From a virus, in IMG/VR virus record IMGVR_UViG_3300025120_010946, positions 14,131-78,130 of that record: 64,000 nucleotides of DNA; one strand, 5' to 3'. The notes under the pieces are model-generated. The model did not search any database and was not told where the DNA came from. It was given only the letters and a program-made list of their open reading frames with translations. Of the stretch, positions 36,981-47,116 are shown piece after piece. A program made the position numbers and the translations under genes. Every line of letters starts with the position of its first letter. The stretch's first letter is position 1.

Positions 36981-37055
36981 GGGACTGTCGCATATTGGTT
37001 AATGCGCTCTGCTTATAACGGAGTCAACTGGGTTCAATTCCCAGCAGTCCTACCA
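36981..37055 (+). tRNA. tRNA-Ile(UAU) with encoded CCA
   Basis: Acceptor GGGACTG/CAGTCCT-A-CCA, CTCTG-cttataa-CGGAG, TTCAATT T loop. Confidence 0.88.
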
Positions 37056-37128
37056 GGGGGCTTAGCAATCTGGTGAATGCAGCAAACTCATAATTTGCCT
37101 AAGGCGAGTTCGATCCTCGCAGCCCCTA
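37056..37128 (+). tRNA. tRNA(CAU), non-initiator (elongator Met or Ile2)
   Basis: Acceptor GGGGGCT/AGCCCCT, GCAAA-ctcataa-TTTGC, TTCGATC; lacks the three G-C pairs of initiator tRNAs. Confidence 0.88.
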
Positions 37129-37157
37129 TTGACAAACATACATAAGTCAGTTATAAT
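37129..37157 (+). promoter_or_regulatory. Perfect sigma70 promoter TTGACA-17-TATAAT
   Basis: Exact consensus immediately after the tRNA. Confidence 0.8.
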
Positions 37158-37179
37158 TGAATCGTCAACACACAAGACA

Positions 37180-37395
37180 ATGACACTGACTAGCAAATTC
37201 AAGAAGGACGTACAGACTCTCCGCAGTGCAGCAAATGGAGAAATCTTTCTCGATGTAAAGAATCCAAAACTTTTCAAAAAAGTTCGAAAGTTTTATGAAA
37301 GTATTGGTGTTGTTTTTTCGGGTGATGCACTCGATGATTATGATATCTTGATGGAACAAATCTCTGTCGATCTTGAATCTGTAGAGGTAGTGTAA
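37180..37395 (+). CDS. Conserved hypothetical protein
   Basis: MTLTSKFKKD...LDVKNPKLFKKV; follows a strong promoter. Confidence 0.7.
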   Translation: MTLTSKFKKDVQTLRSAANGEIFLDVKNPKLFKKVRKFYESIGVVFSGDALDDYDILMEQISVDLESVEVV

Positions 37396-37550
37396 TGGCA
37401 TGGACTGAGCAAGAAACAGCAGAATATTTCTATCGCGAAACACTGGTTGACGCTGGTGTTCCTCTTGATAAAATTGAACCACTAGATGGATCTTCTGAAT
37501 CCCTAATCAAAAAAATCAATGCCTACTTCCAAGATCAAAGTTCTTTTTGA
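37395..37550 (+). CDS. Small hypothetical protein (51 aa)
   Basis: TAATG coupling, GAGG SD. Confidence 0.5.
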   Translation: MAWTEQETAEYFYRETLVDAGVPLDKIEPLDGSSESLIKKINAYFQDQSSF

Positions 37551-37761
37551 ACGTGCTGCTTTCCGTTTTATTGAAAAAGGTATTCTAGAAAATGGAATGC
37601 CAGACTATCGCTTGCAGGAACAAGACTACTACAATCGAAAATGGTTTGATGTTTACCTGTTCGACAACCAGGCACAATGCCTTCTAGCAATGGAAGATGC
37701 AGAGTATCCTAAGTGGTTGACAGGTAAACCTTGTTACGTCAAAGACGTTGTATCTAAATAG
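37519..37761 (+). CDS. Hypothetical protein
   Basis: NGMPDYRLQ...YLFDNQAQC. Confidence 0.6.
   Translation: MPTSKIKVLFERAAFRFIEKGILENGMPDYRLQEQDYYNRKWFDVYLFDNQAQCLLAMEDAEYPKWLTGKPCYVKDVVSK
37755..37760 (+). promoter_or_regulatory. Late promoter core TAAATA upstream of the glycan island
   Basis: CTAAATA; TATAATTA and CTAAGTA variants near 38010-38024. Confidence 0.5.
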
Positions 37762-37784
37762 TCATATAGAATTCTTTACCAACT

Positions 37785-38009
37785 ATGTCAACAAAAGGAA
37801 CGGCAGCAAAATCTGTAAGTGGTGCAGCGATGTCAAAATATGATGTCGAAGTGGAAGCAAGACTCCAGGCACTTGAATCACATACACATGATAAAAGTGA
37901 TAATGGTGGAGGTGGAGTAGATCCTGAGAAATTTGCTGCACTTGAAGCAAGATTTCAAAAACTTGTAGAAAAAGTTTCCTACAAACTTGGCGGTGACTAC
38001 TACGTCTGA
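37785..38009 (+). CDS. Hypothetical protein
   Basis: AAKSVSGAAMSKYDVEVEARLQALE. Confidence 0.6.
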   Translation: MSTKGTAAKSVSGAAMSKYDVEVEARLQALESHTHDKSDNGGGGVDPEKFAALEARFQKLVEKVSYKLGGDYYV

Positions 38010-38037
38010 TATAATTACTAAGTAAAAACTATTCATC

Positions 38038-39126
38038 ATGTCTGAATATAAGAAAACAGCACTGGTTCTGGGTGCTGGTGGTTTCATTGGAAGTCATATG
38101 GTAAAACGACTCCGCGAAGAAGGGTACTGGGTTCGTGGAGTCGATCTTAAGCAACCAGAATTTTCATCAACTAGGGCAAATGAGTTTGTGCAAGGTGACT
38201 TGCGTGATGTAGAATTTGTTCGTCGTGTCATTCAATTCAAAGGATATCAGGGGAACTTCTATAACTCTGTTCCGTATCAATATATCCAACCTTTTAACGA
38301 GATCTATCAGTTTGCTGCTGATATGGGAGGTGCAGGTTACATCTTTAGTGGTGATCACGATGCTGATGTCATGCATAACTCCTGCTCTGTTAATCTAAAT
38401 GTGCTTGAAGAAGTTCGTAAACTGAATGAGACTTTTAATGGTGAAGTAAAAGAGTGGACAGAAGCAAATAGACCTCTTTGGTTGCAACCAACCAAGATCT
38501 TCTACAGTTCTTCTGCTTGCATGTACCCCGAACATAATCAACTAGATCCTGATAACCCAGACTGTCGTGAAGAATCAGCATACCCCGCAGCACCAGACTC
38601 CGAATACGGATGGGAGAAACTCTTTAGTGAGCGTCTCTACTTTGCTTACAACAGGAACTATGGTATTCCTGTTCGTGTCGCTCGTTACCATAACATCTTT
38701 GGACCCGAGGGAACCTGGGACGGTGGAAAGGAGAAAGCTCCAGCTGCAATCTGCCGTAAAGTCGCTGAATTATCACCACTCGGCGGATCCATCGAAGTGT
38801 GGGGAGATGGCTTACAGACTCGTTCCTTCCTGTTCATTAATGAATGCATTGAAGCAACTCGACGACTGATGGATAGTGACTTCATGGGTCCTGTTAATAT
38901 TGGTTCTGAAGAGATGGTTACCATCAATCAACTTGTAGATACTGCTGCTCGCGTTGCGGGTAAAAAAGTTACTAAAGATCATATTGATGGACCTCTTGGT
39001 GTTCGTGGAAGAAACTCAAATAACGATTTGATTCGTGAGAAACTTGGATGGGATTACTCTCAGACACTTGAAGAAGGAATTCGTTTGACTTATAATTGGA
39101 TTGCTAAGCAGGTGTCCTCACGATGA
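38038..39126 (+). CDS. NAD-dependent SDR epimerase, GDP-mannose 3,5-epimerase-like
   Basis: GAGGFIG, AADMGG, YSSSACMYP, YGWEK, KEKAPAAICRK, GVRGRNS. Confidence 0.85.
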   Translation: MSEYKKTALVLGAGGFIGSHMVKRLREEGYWVRGVDLKQPEFSSTRANEFVQGDLRDVEFVRRVIQFKGYQGNFYNSVPYQYIQPFNEIYQFAADMGGAGYIFSGDHDADVMHNSCSVNLNVLEEVRKLNETFNGEVKEWTEANRPLWLQPTKIFYSSSACMYPEHNQLDPDNPDCREESAYPAAPDSEYGWEKLFSERLYFAYNRNYGIPVRVARYHNIFGPEGTWDGGKEKAPAAICRKVAELSPLGGSIEVWGDGLQTRSFLFINECIEATRRLMDSDFMGPVNIGSEEMVTINQLVDTAARVAGKKVTKDHIDGPLGVRGRNSNNDLIREKLGWDYSQTLEEGIRLTYNWIAKQVSSR

Positions 39127-39977
39127 TTATTACAGTATTGGGTTCAAGTGGACAGATAGGTGCTTATCTTTCGAGTCATCTTCGTGATAAGGGACATGAA
39201 GTCATTGAGATTGATAAAGAGTTGGGATCTAGCCATAACTTGACTGTCATTCCAAATGAGTTTGTTGAGTTGCAAATTAAACGCTCTGACTTTGTATTCG
39301 TCTTAGCGTTTGATGTTGGTGGATCTAGATACCTAAAGAAGTATCAGCATACGTTTGATTTTGTTAATAACAATACTCGTATGATGGCAAACGTATTTAC
39401 GATGCTTGAGAAGCATCATAAACGTTTTGTCTTTGCTTCTTCTCAAATGAGTAACATGAGTTACTCTCCTTACGGTGTTCTTAAGAGAGTTGGTGAACTC
39501 TATACCTCAACATTGAAAGGACTTACAGTTAAGTTCTGGAATGTTTACGGTATTGAGAAAGACATGGACAAAGCACATGTCATTACTGATTTCATCCGTA
39601 AAGGATTTGAAGAAACTAAATTTGAGATGTTGACTGATGGCACTGAAGAACGTCAGTTTCTCTATGCTGAGGACTGTTGTGAGGCACTAGAAACAATCAT
39701 GGATAACTATACGGACTTCAAACCAGAAGATCCTCTCCATATTACGTCATTTAATTCTAGTACTGTTAGAGAAATCGCTAACATTATTCAAGGATGCTTT
39801 GGATTGATTGGAAATCATGACGTAGTCATTAAGTCTGGACTTGCTAAAGATAGTGTTCAGATGGATAAGAGAAACTCACCAGACACTTATATTCTTGACT
39901 GGTGGATTCCTAAAACCACTATTGATGTGGGTATCAGAAAAGTATTTAATGAAATGAAAAAGAACTATGGCTACTAA
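39123..39977 (+). CDS. NAD-dependent epimerase/dehydratase (SDR)
   Basis: GSSGQIG, YGVLK, NVYG. Confidence 0.85.
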   Translation: MIITVLGSSGQIGAYLSSHLRDKGHEVIEIDKELGSSHNLTVIPNEFVELQIKRSDFVFVLAFDVGGSRYLKKYQHTFDFVNNNTRMMANVFTMLEKHHKRFVFASSQMSNMSYSPYGVLKRVGELYTSTLKGLTVKFWNVYGIEKDMDKAHVITDFIRKGFEETKFEMLTDGTEERQFLYAEDCCEALETIMDNYTDFKPEDPLHITSFNSSTVREIANIIQGCFGLIGNHDVVIKSGLAKDSVQMDKRNSPDTYILDWWIPKTTIDVGIRKVFNEMKKNYGY

Positions 39978-40764
39978 TCTTTCCGAAATTAGAAACTTTA
40001 TTAATGAACCTCATTGTGATCTTGGTGTCAATGCCTGGGCTCTTGCAGAATTGGTAAAGACATTTAAGAATGCAAGATTTTTGGATCTTGGTGTGCGTCT
40101 TGGCGCATCATCAGCGATTATGTCTATCGATGCAAATGAAAACAATAATCAAGTATGTGGTTGTGACTTGATGTTTGATGGTTTTCAACGTAATGGTGCT
40201 CGTTTCGTTGAAGAAAATTATATTTGCTATCAAGCAGATAGTGTAACTCTTGGTAAAAACTGGGACGAAGATCCTTTTGATATCATCTTTGTTGATACAA
40301 TTCATACTCGTGAGCAAGTCCTTGCCGAAATGTATTATTGGATCAATCACATTAAAGAAGGTGGATATTTTATTTTCCATGATTCTCATTGGATAGGTTC
40401 GGGTGGTGAAGATAACCCGGTACAAGAAGATACTTATGGTGATACCATTGGTGGTAAATTATGGAAGCGTCCTGACGTAGCAGTTACAGATTTCTTTGGA
40501 CTGTCTAGTAGCGTTCGTGAATTGGGTGACTACGAGGATGAAAATATCAAAATAGATCATTATAAACCAAGTCATGGTATGACTTTTGTTCAAATTAAAA
40601 ATCTTGATTCCATCAATGAATTTAAGAAAAATGTTGATTGGAAACAAGTTTTTGAGATTCGTAATTGGTTGAATGATCTTCACTTTAATCCAGAGAATCC
40701 TAACTTTGTTGATTGGCAACAAGACATTACCAACATTGAAAATGAATTAGTTCTTAATCCATGA
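39967..40764 (+). CDS. Class I SAM-dependent methyltransferase (Methyltransf_24-like)
   Basis: LDLGVRLGAS, FDIIFVDTIH, GGYFIFHD. Confidence 0.8.
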   Translation: MATNLSEIRNFINEPHCDLGVNAWALAELVKTFKNARFLDLGVRLGASSAIMSIDANENNNQVCGCDLMFDGFQRNGARFVEENYICYQADSVTLGKNWDEDPFDIIFVDTIHTREQVLAEMYYWINHIKEGGYFIFHDSHWIGSGGEDNPVQEDTYGDTIGGKLWKRPDVAVTDFFGLSSSVRELGDYEDENIKIDHYKPSHGMTFVQIKNLDSINEFKKNVDWKQVFEIRNWLNDLHFNPENPNFVDWQQDITNIENELVLNP

Positions 40765-41591
40765 CATTTGAAGTATCACATTGGAGTGGCAGGTTAGGTA
40801 ATAACATCCAACAGGTTGCTAACTGCTTAATGGCTGCTGAAGGTTATAAGTCTGTCTTTAGACAGAAACTTGATCATGATATTATCAGCAATTTTAAAGT
40901 TGATTTTCAAGAAATGTCTCACACTTCGCAGTGGGCAGGAAAGGGAAGGTATTATTCATGGGAACCTTTGATTCATTGTGAGAAAGGTATTCATGAAGGC
41001 AGTAATGAAACGGGTGTAGAGGTAGATTTTATTTACAAAAACATGCGTCGTATTTGTAAAAATCATATCGCACCAAATCTAAAACTTCCTGAAAAAGAAG
41101 TGATAGGTGAAGATACTATTGTCATGCATTTAAGGAGTGGTGATAATTATCATCGTATCTTTGATCCACCGACTAACTATGTTCCCAATCCTCTAATTTT
41201 TTATTTAAATTTAATTGAGAGTTTTGATAAGTGTATCCTCATTACAGAACCTGATGATAAGAACCCAATCGTTCATGAGTTAAAAAAAATTGATAAGGTT
41301 CAGATTCAATCTTCCTCTGTTGCTGAGGACTTTGCAACATTGATGAGTGCAAAAAATCTTGCACTTTCTGGTGTTGGTACATTTGCAATAGCAGCATCTT
41401 TATGTTCCAGTAAGATAGAAAATCTATTCACTACAGATTTGCTGTTGACTGAACACCTAAATTATACTATGCTATTCAACACAGATGTTGAAGTTCATGT
41501 TATGGAACTGGGTGAGGATTATATTCCAGTCATTCCGTGCAGTTGGGCGAACACTGAAGAGCAAAGACAGTTTATTCTAGATTATAGATGA
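40761..41591 (+). CDS. GT11-like glycosyltransferase (divergent)
   Basis: GRLGNNIQQ, HLRSGD, GTF. Confidence 0.65.
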   Translation: MTFEVSHWSGRLGNNIQQVANCLMAAEGYKSVFRQKLDHDIISNFKVDFQEMSHTSQWAGKGRYYSWEPLIHCEKGIHEGSNETGVEVDFIYKNMRRICKNHIAPNLKLPEKEVIGEDTIVMHLRSGDNYHRIFDPPTNYVPNPLIFYLNLIESFDKCILITEPDDKNPIVHELKKIDKVQIQSSSVAEDFATLMSAKNLALSGVGTFAIAASLCSSKIENLFTTDLLLTEHLNYTMLFNTDVEVHVMELGEDYIPVIPCSWANTEEQRQFILDYR

Positions 41592-42577
41592 AAATCTTCG
41601 TTACAGGTTGTGCTGGTTTGCTTGGAGCAAACTATGCTCGACACCTCCTTGCCTCTGGGCATGAAGTAATAGGTATTGATGATCTCTCTGGAGGGTACAA
41701 AGCGTTTGTGCCTAAAGGGGAGAAATTTAGTTTCGTAAAATTAAACCTAGAAAAAAGAAAAAAAGTTGTTGAACTTTTTAAAGAACATCAACCTGATGTT
41801 CTCATTCATTTTGCGGCGTATGCAGCTGAAGGACTATCTCCTTTTATTCGTAATTTTAATTATCGTAATAACCTTATTGTTTCCGCTAATCTAATCAATG
41901 AGTGTATCACCTACGGAACGAAAGTCATATTTACTTCTAGTATGGCAGTCTATGGTGATCAAGAACCACCCTTTACCGAAGATAAACGTCCACAACCTAT
42001 TGATCCATATGGTGTGGCAAAATATGCGGTAGAGTGTGATTTAAAACTCGCTCATGAACAGTTTGGACTTCGATATAATATTGTTCGTCCTCATAATGTT
42101 TTGGGAGTATATCAAAACATCTGGGATAGATATCGCAATGTGATTGGAATCTTTATTCGTAAAGCACTTAACGGACAACCCATTCTTGTATATGGTGATG
42201 GAGAACAAACTCGTGCGTTTTCTGATATCAAATATTACATGGAACCATTTGATAAACTTCTGACGGATTTTGATGGTGAGACATTCAATATTGGTGCTGA
42301 TAAATATTTTTCTCTTAATGAAGTCGCACTAACAGTTCAGACTGTCGCTTTCAAATATGGTTATGATGTTCCTATTGAGTATGGAGAACCACGCCATGAA
42401 GCTAAACATGCTTTCTGTGATCACACAAAAGCAAAATCAATGTTGAACTTTAAAGATCAAACAAATCTTGCAGAGTTAATTGAGAGTATGTTCATTTGGG
42501 CAATGAAGCAACCAAATCGTAAAGTTAAGAGTATGGAATACGAAGTCACAAAAGACATTTATGATTATTGGAAATGA
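41588..42577 (+). CDS. NAD-dependent epimerase (UDP-glucose 4-epimerase-like SDR)
   Basis: GCAGLLG, TSSMAVYG, YGVAK, GDGEQTRAF. Confidence 0.85.
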   Translation: MKIFVTGCAGLLGANYARHLLASGHEVIGIDDLSGGYKAFVPKGEKFSFVKLNLEKRKKVVELFKEHQPDVLIHFAAYAAEGLSPFIRNFNYRNNLIVSANLINECITYGTKVIFTSSMAVYGDQEPPFTEDKRPQPIDPYGVAKYAVECDLKLAHEQFGLRYNIVRPHNVLGVYQNIWDRYRNVIGIFIRKALNGQPILVYGDGEQTRAFSDIKYYMEPFDKLLTDFDGETFNIGADKYFSLNEVALTVQTVAFKYGYDVPIEYGEPRHEAKHAFCDHTKAKSMLNFKDQTNLAELIESMFIWAMKQPNRKVKSMEYEVTKDIYDYWK

Positions 42578-43269
42578 CTGATTTAGAAGTACTAGAGGGG
42601 CAGTATCCCACAGGATCTGAAAGGTATTTTGCCGATAAACATGATCGATTAAAGTATAAATTTTCTGGATCTGAGGATGTTATTGAAAACCATTCTCAAT
42701 CAATGCAAGACATGTTTGTTCTTTCTGTATTAGATGGAAAGACGAATGGAGTTTATGTAGAGGTTGGAGCAGATCGCCCAAGAGTAATCAATAACACTTG
42801 GTTACTTGAATCAATGTATGATTGGATGGGTGTTTCTTTTGAGATTGATCCAATTAAAGTTGATTACTTTAATACTATTAGGAGAAACAAATGCATATGT
42901 GCCGATGCTACAGAATTTGACTATAAGTTTTTATTTGAAGAGAGGAACTACCCAAAACAAATTGATTATTTGCAATTAGATTGTGATCCTCCTGAGGTTA
43001 CTCTTGCATGTTTAAAAAAGTTACCTCTTGACGACTACAGATTTTCTATAATTACCTTTGAGACAGATCTATATGCTGGTGGACATGCAGTTCAGAAAGA
43101 GCAATGGGAAATTCTATGTAGTTTGGGATATAAAAGAATTGCAAAAAATGTAAATAATGAAGGTAATCCATATGAAGATTGGTGGATTGATCCTTTAATC
43201 ATATCTGAAGATAGATGTGTACCTTTTATGATTGATGATGTGGAATTTAGTAAAATTGTTTTAAACTGA
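42574..43269 (+). CDS. FkbM-like methyltransferase
   Basis: SQSMQD, YVEVGA, NNT, IDYLQLD, EDWW. Confidence 0.75.
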   Translation: MTDLEVLEGQYPTGSERYFADKHDRLKYKFSGSEDVIENHSQSMQDMFVLSVLDGKTNGVYVEVGADRPRVINNTWLLESMYDWMGVSFEIDPIKVDYFNTIRRNKCICADATEFDYKFLFEERNYPKQIDYLQLDCDPPEVTLACLKKLPLDDYRFSIITFETDLYAGGHAVQKEQWEILCSLGYKRIAKNVNNEGNPYEDWWIDPLIISEDRCVPFMIDDVEFSKIVLN

Positions 43270-43871
43270 TGTTATTAGACTTTAATCGACTCAAGCAAGA
43301 ACACAACGTAAACATCACGGGTGTTATCCATGTTGGTGGACATATTGGTGATGAACTTGAAGAATATCGTGGTGTAGAAAACTTAATTATTTTTGAACCA
43401 CAAAAGCATTGCTATGATCAACTTGTAGAAAAAGCAGAGCGTATTGGTTTACCTGGTAAGTTTGTAAATTGTGCTCTAGGAAATTTCATTGGTGAAGCTG
43501 AAATTACCTCTGATCCAACTGGACTTACTGGATCACTATTAGAACCTGGATTAGTTGTAGACTATCCTGACATTGTGTTTAGTGAGAAGTTTATGGTTGA
43601 TGTTTCTAAAATGGATGAAGAAATTCCTTCAGATCATCCGTATAACTTCCTGAATATGGACGTTCAGGGGTATGAATTAGAGGTTCTGAAGGGCGGAACT
43701 ACCACACTTGAGAAGATCGAGTATGTTATGACTGAGGTTAATCGTGCTGAGGTTTATAAAAAGTGTGCTATGATTGAAGAACTCACCGAATTCTTGGCAC
43801 AATACAACCTTGTAAAAGTTGCCGAAGCATGGCATGGCGACTGGGGTGATGCATTTTACATTAAGGGATGA
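43269..43871 (+). CDS. FkbM family methyltransferase
   Basis: IHVGGHIG, FEP, MDVQGYELEVLKG. Confidence 0.85.
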   Translation: MLLDFNRLKQEHNVNITGVIHVGGHIGDELEEYRGVENLIIFEPQKHCYDQLVEKAERIGLPGKFVNCALGNFIGEAEITSDPTGLTGSLLEPGLVVDYPDIVFSEKFMVDVSKMDEEIPSDHPYNFLNMDVQGYELEVLKGGTTTLEKIEYVMTEVNRAEVYKKCAMIEELTEFLAQYNLVKVAEAWHGDWGDAFYIKG

Positions 43872-44731
43872 ACATGAAAGTTTTTGATTCGTTTATTTTT
43901 TTCAACGAACTTGAGTTGCTTGAGATGCGTCTCAACATCTTAGGAGACGTTGTAGACAAGTTTGTTCTTACAGAATCTCCTTATACTGTCAGTGGTAATG
44001 AAAAACCATTGTATTATGAGGAGAATAAAGATAAATTTGCTAAGTGGAGTGATAAGATTGTTCACAATATTACAGAAGAAATTCCAAATGACTTCTCTAA
44101 TATGATGGAGAAGAGTAAGTTTCATATTGGTTATGGTGAACTTGATCCATATGGACAACGTTTTATTGATCTTCCTATCCGTTTCCAACGTGCTGTCTAT
44201 AATCGTAATGCTAGTTGTTTTGGCATTGAGAAAGCTGGTGCTGAAGATGGTGACATCGTGATGACTAGTGATGCTGATGAAATTATCAACCCACTTGTTC
44301 TTGAGGATCTATTCTGGTTTGATCCTAGTAAACATTACACAACTATTTGCAATGCTTATTACTTTAAACTAAACTTCTTATATCAATGTGACTGGATGGG
44401 AACGAGACTTTGTACTTGGAAACACCTGAAAGGAACCACTATTGATCAGCATCGGCAAGATCATGCTAATGCTTATAAGATTACTAATGGTGGTTGGCAC
44501 TTCAGTTTCTTAGGAAACGCTGAAAACTTTAAACTGAAACTTGCTTCCTATGAACACACAGAGAACAATATCGCATCTAACACTGACAACGCAGAAGAAA
44601 AGATAGAACAAGGACTCGATCCTATCGGTAGAGGAATGACATATGAAGCAGTCCCTATCGACGACAGTTATCCAGAATATATTCAAAATAACCAGGAAAA
44701 GTACGCAGAATTTATTAAACCATGGAACTAA
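43868..44731 (+). CDS. GT17-like glycosyltransferase (beta-1,4-GlcNAc transferase family)
   Basis: DSFIFFNELELLEMRL, SDADEI, GGWHFSF. Confidence 0.8.
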   Translation: MNMKVFDSFIFFNELELLEMRLNILGDVVDKFVLTESPYTVSGNEKPLYYEENKDKFAKWSDKIVHNITEEIPNDFSNMMEKSKFHIGYGELDPYGQRFIDLPIRFQRAVYNRNASCFGIEKAGAEDGDIVMTSDADEIINPLVLEDLFWFDPSKHYTTICNAYYFKLNFLYQCDWMGTRLCTWKHLKGTTIDQHRQDHANAYKITNGGWHFSFLGNAENFKLKLASYEHTENNIASNTDNAEEKIEQGLDPIGRGMTYEAVPIDDSYPEYIQNNQEKYAEFIKPWN

Positions 44732-45648
44732 TTGAAGGTGTAGCACTGTCTAGACTTTGTGATTACTCATTTGGTGATCAAGCTGGACAGTGGAGCAACA
44801 TTCACACACACTTTATGAAGGATGCAAATTTTATAAACGTTGAGTTTGCTTCCAAAGTATTTGAAATAAAGAAAAGTAGAGATTATATGACTCTCTTTAT
44901 TGATAATATTCGTTTATATAAAAGAGATATAGTTGAAGTAAAGGAGAGTGATAAATCAGTTGTAAATGCCATGATGGAGAATAGTGATCTCCTTAAATTA
45001 TGTGGCGAATTTCCAGAAATGAACTTTATCATCTTTACAAATTTGGAGGACACTCCTCTTGATGAGTATGTCTTTGATTCTATACCTGATAATGTTCTAC
45101 GTATCTGTGCTGCTAATTCCATGGTATGGGGAGACAAAGTAATTCCGGCTCCCTATGGAGTTCAGAGACTCATGTCTTACAATGATGATAGGATTCAGGT
45201 TCTTAAGTCATACATGACTAAAGAAAAAATGCCTACAGCGTTTAGATTGTTGTATGTTGGTATTAATGAAAACTCTCATGAAGAGAGAACTGGATTAACT
45301 AAAAAGTTTCTTGATAACCCATGGGCAACTGTGGAGACGGAGAGAGTTAATTTTGAAACTTATCTTGATAGGATGTGGCGGTGTAAGTTTGTCTTATGTC
45401 CTAGAGGAAACGCTATTGATTGTCATAGAAACTGGGAAACAGTTTACATGGGTAGAGTTCCTGTGATGAAGAGGAATCCTTATCTTGAAGAATTATATGC
45501 ACCATATCAAGTTCTTTGGGTAAATGATTACTCTGAAGTGACTGAACAACTTTTATTGGACAACAATCAACTTTTTCTTGACGCTCAAAATGTTGATCTT
45601 AGTTCTCTTGATCTTAATAATTTTTTTGAAAAATGGAAAAAACCTTAG
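44722..45648 (+). CDS. Exostosin/GT47-like glycosyltransferase
   Basis: KFVLCPRGNAIDCHRNWE...GRVPV. Confidence 0.7.
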   Translation: MELIEGVALSRLCDYSFGDQAGQWSNIHTHFMKDANFINVEFASKVFEIKKSRDYMTLFIDNIRLYKRDIVEVKESDKSVVNAMMENSDLLKLCGEFPEMNFIIFTNLEDTPLDEYVFDSIPDNVLRICAANSMVWGDKVIPAPYGVQRLMSYNDDRIQVLKSYMTKEKMPTAFRLLYVGINENSHEERTGLTKKFLDNPWATVETERVNFETYLDRMWRCKFVLCPRGNAIDCHRNWETVYMGRVPVMKRNPYLEELYAPYQVLWVNDYSEVTEQLLLDNNQLFLDAQNVDLSSLDLNNFFEKWKKP

Positions 45649-46328
45649 TAGTATCAAATCACAATTCTGACTTAGAGTGGTTAAACACCACTTACGATTA
45701 TGGGTTTTCTCCTGACAACACCATCATCTATGATAGAAGCGATGAGGTAAAGGACTGGAGTCACCTGGGTAAAAACATTAGATCACCTAATGTTGGTGAG
45801 AATATCTACGACATTATGCGTTATATTGTAGAGCATTATGAAAATCTCCCTGATGTCTGCATCTTTATCAAGGGTAATATGTTTCAGCGTCCTGAAGATA
45901 GGGGTGGTGCTGAGTATTATACAACTCATGATAGATTCTATCGTGCCCTAAGTGCAGAGTATTTTCTTCCTATTGAACGCTTCCATGATTCCACTGTCTT
46001 AGTTTGTAATGGTGGTGGATTTATTCAACCAACATGGGAGGCTGTTAGCAATCAGACAGTTTACACTAGACATTTTGCGACATTCCCTCAAATGTTGAAT
46101 AAACTGTTTATAGATCCACCAAATTTTCCTTATAATAGGTTCGCACCTGGGGGAAATTATGTTGTTCCCAGAGCAAATATTCTTAAATTTAGTAAAGAGT
46201 TCTATGAAAAACTGCAGTTCTATGTCTCATACGAACCACCTGAGGAGTTTCAAAGCACTTCTGGGGAGTCATATTTGATTGAGAGACTTCTTTATATGAT
46301 GTGGACAGAGGATTTGCAAGAATGTTAA
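45633..46328 (+). CDS. DUF3431-like putative glycan-modifying protein
   Basis: LEWL, PNVG, YIVEHYENLPD, IERL. Confidence 0.6.
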   Translation: MEKTLVVSNHNSDLEWLNTTYDYGFSPDNTIIYDRSDEVKDWSHLGKNIRSPNVGENIYDIMRYIVEHYENLPDVCIFIKGNMFQRPEDRGGAEYYTTHDRFYRALSAEYFLPIERFHDSTVLVCNGGGFIQPTWEAVSNQTVYTRHFATFPQMLNKLFIDPPNFPYNRFAPGGNYVVPRANILKFSKEFYEKLQFYVSYEPPEEFQSTSGESYLIERLLYMMWTEDLQEC

Positions 46329-47116
46329 GCGTCTATGGTGCAGGATATATTGGTGGTAGATATTGCCAGATGTATCCAAAAGATACGCATGTTATTCCTA
46401 GAGAGCAAAGATCTCCTGTATCTAAAGAGATTTTATATTTGATTTCTACGATTGACAATAGTAATATCCATGACAATATTACATTAGACGTAGAAACAAA
46501 TCTCCGTATTTTTTGTGAAGTGCTTGATCATTGTCGTAGTGATGATATCTGTATCAATTTTATTTCTTCTTGGTTCGTTTACGGGGATTGTGATCTTCCT
46601 GCAAAAGAAGATTCGATTTGTAACCCAAAAGGTTTCTATTCAATTACTAAAAAGTGTGCTGAGGATTTGCTGATTGACTTTTGTAGAACATATAAAGTAA
46701 AGTATAGAATAATGCGAATGCCCAATGTCGTTGGTGGAATTGATCCAAAGGCATCTCCAAAGAAAAATGCAATTCATTATTTAATTGAAGAACTTAAAAA
46801 GAATAATAACATCACTTTATATAATAATGGTGAAATTATTAAAGATATTATGCATGTTGATGATGTATGTAGAGGTATCAATAGAGTTATTAATGAAGGG
46901 GAATATAATACCATCTACAATATTGGAAGTGGACAGCAGACAACTCTTGGTGATATAATTAGAATAGCAAAGCATTTCTTAAATTCAGAATCTAAAATTC
47001 TGACAAAGAAAGCAATTACTCAAGATATGTTTCTTGACTCCTCAAAATTGAGGAAACTTGGATTTCAACCACAAATATCTCAAACTGAAATTATCAGAGA
47101 ACTATGTACCAACTGA
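46322..47116 (+). CDS. NAD-dependent epimerase/reductase (SDR)
   Basis: GAGYIG, SSWFVYG, YSITK, YNIGSG. Confidence 0.85.
   Translation: MLSVYGAGYIGGRYCQMYPKDTHVIPREQRSPVSKEILYLISTIDNSNIHDNITLDVETNLRIFCEVLDHCRSDDICINFISSWFVYGDCDLPAKEDSICNPKGFYSITKKCAEDLLIDFCRTYKVKYRIMRMPNVVGGIDPKASPKKNAIHYLIEELKKNNNITLYNNGEIIKDIMHVDDVCRGINRVINEGEYNTIYNIGSGQQTTLGDIIRIAKHFLNSESKILTKKAITQDMFLDSSKLRKLGFQPQISQTEIIRELCTN

Noticed and set aside
37056-37128. Initiator tRNA-fMet
   Set aside because: Lacks the C1:A72 mismatch and the three consecutive G-C pairs in the anticodon stem
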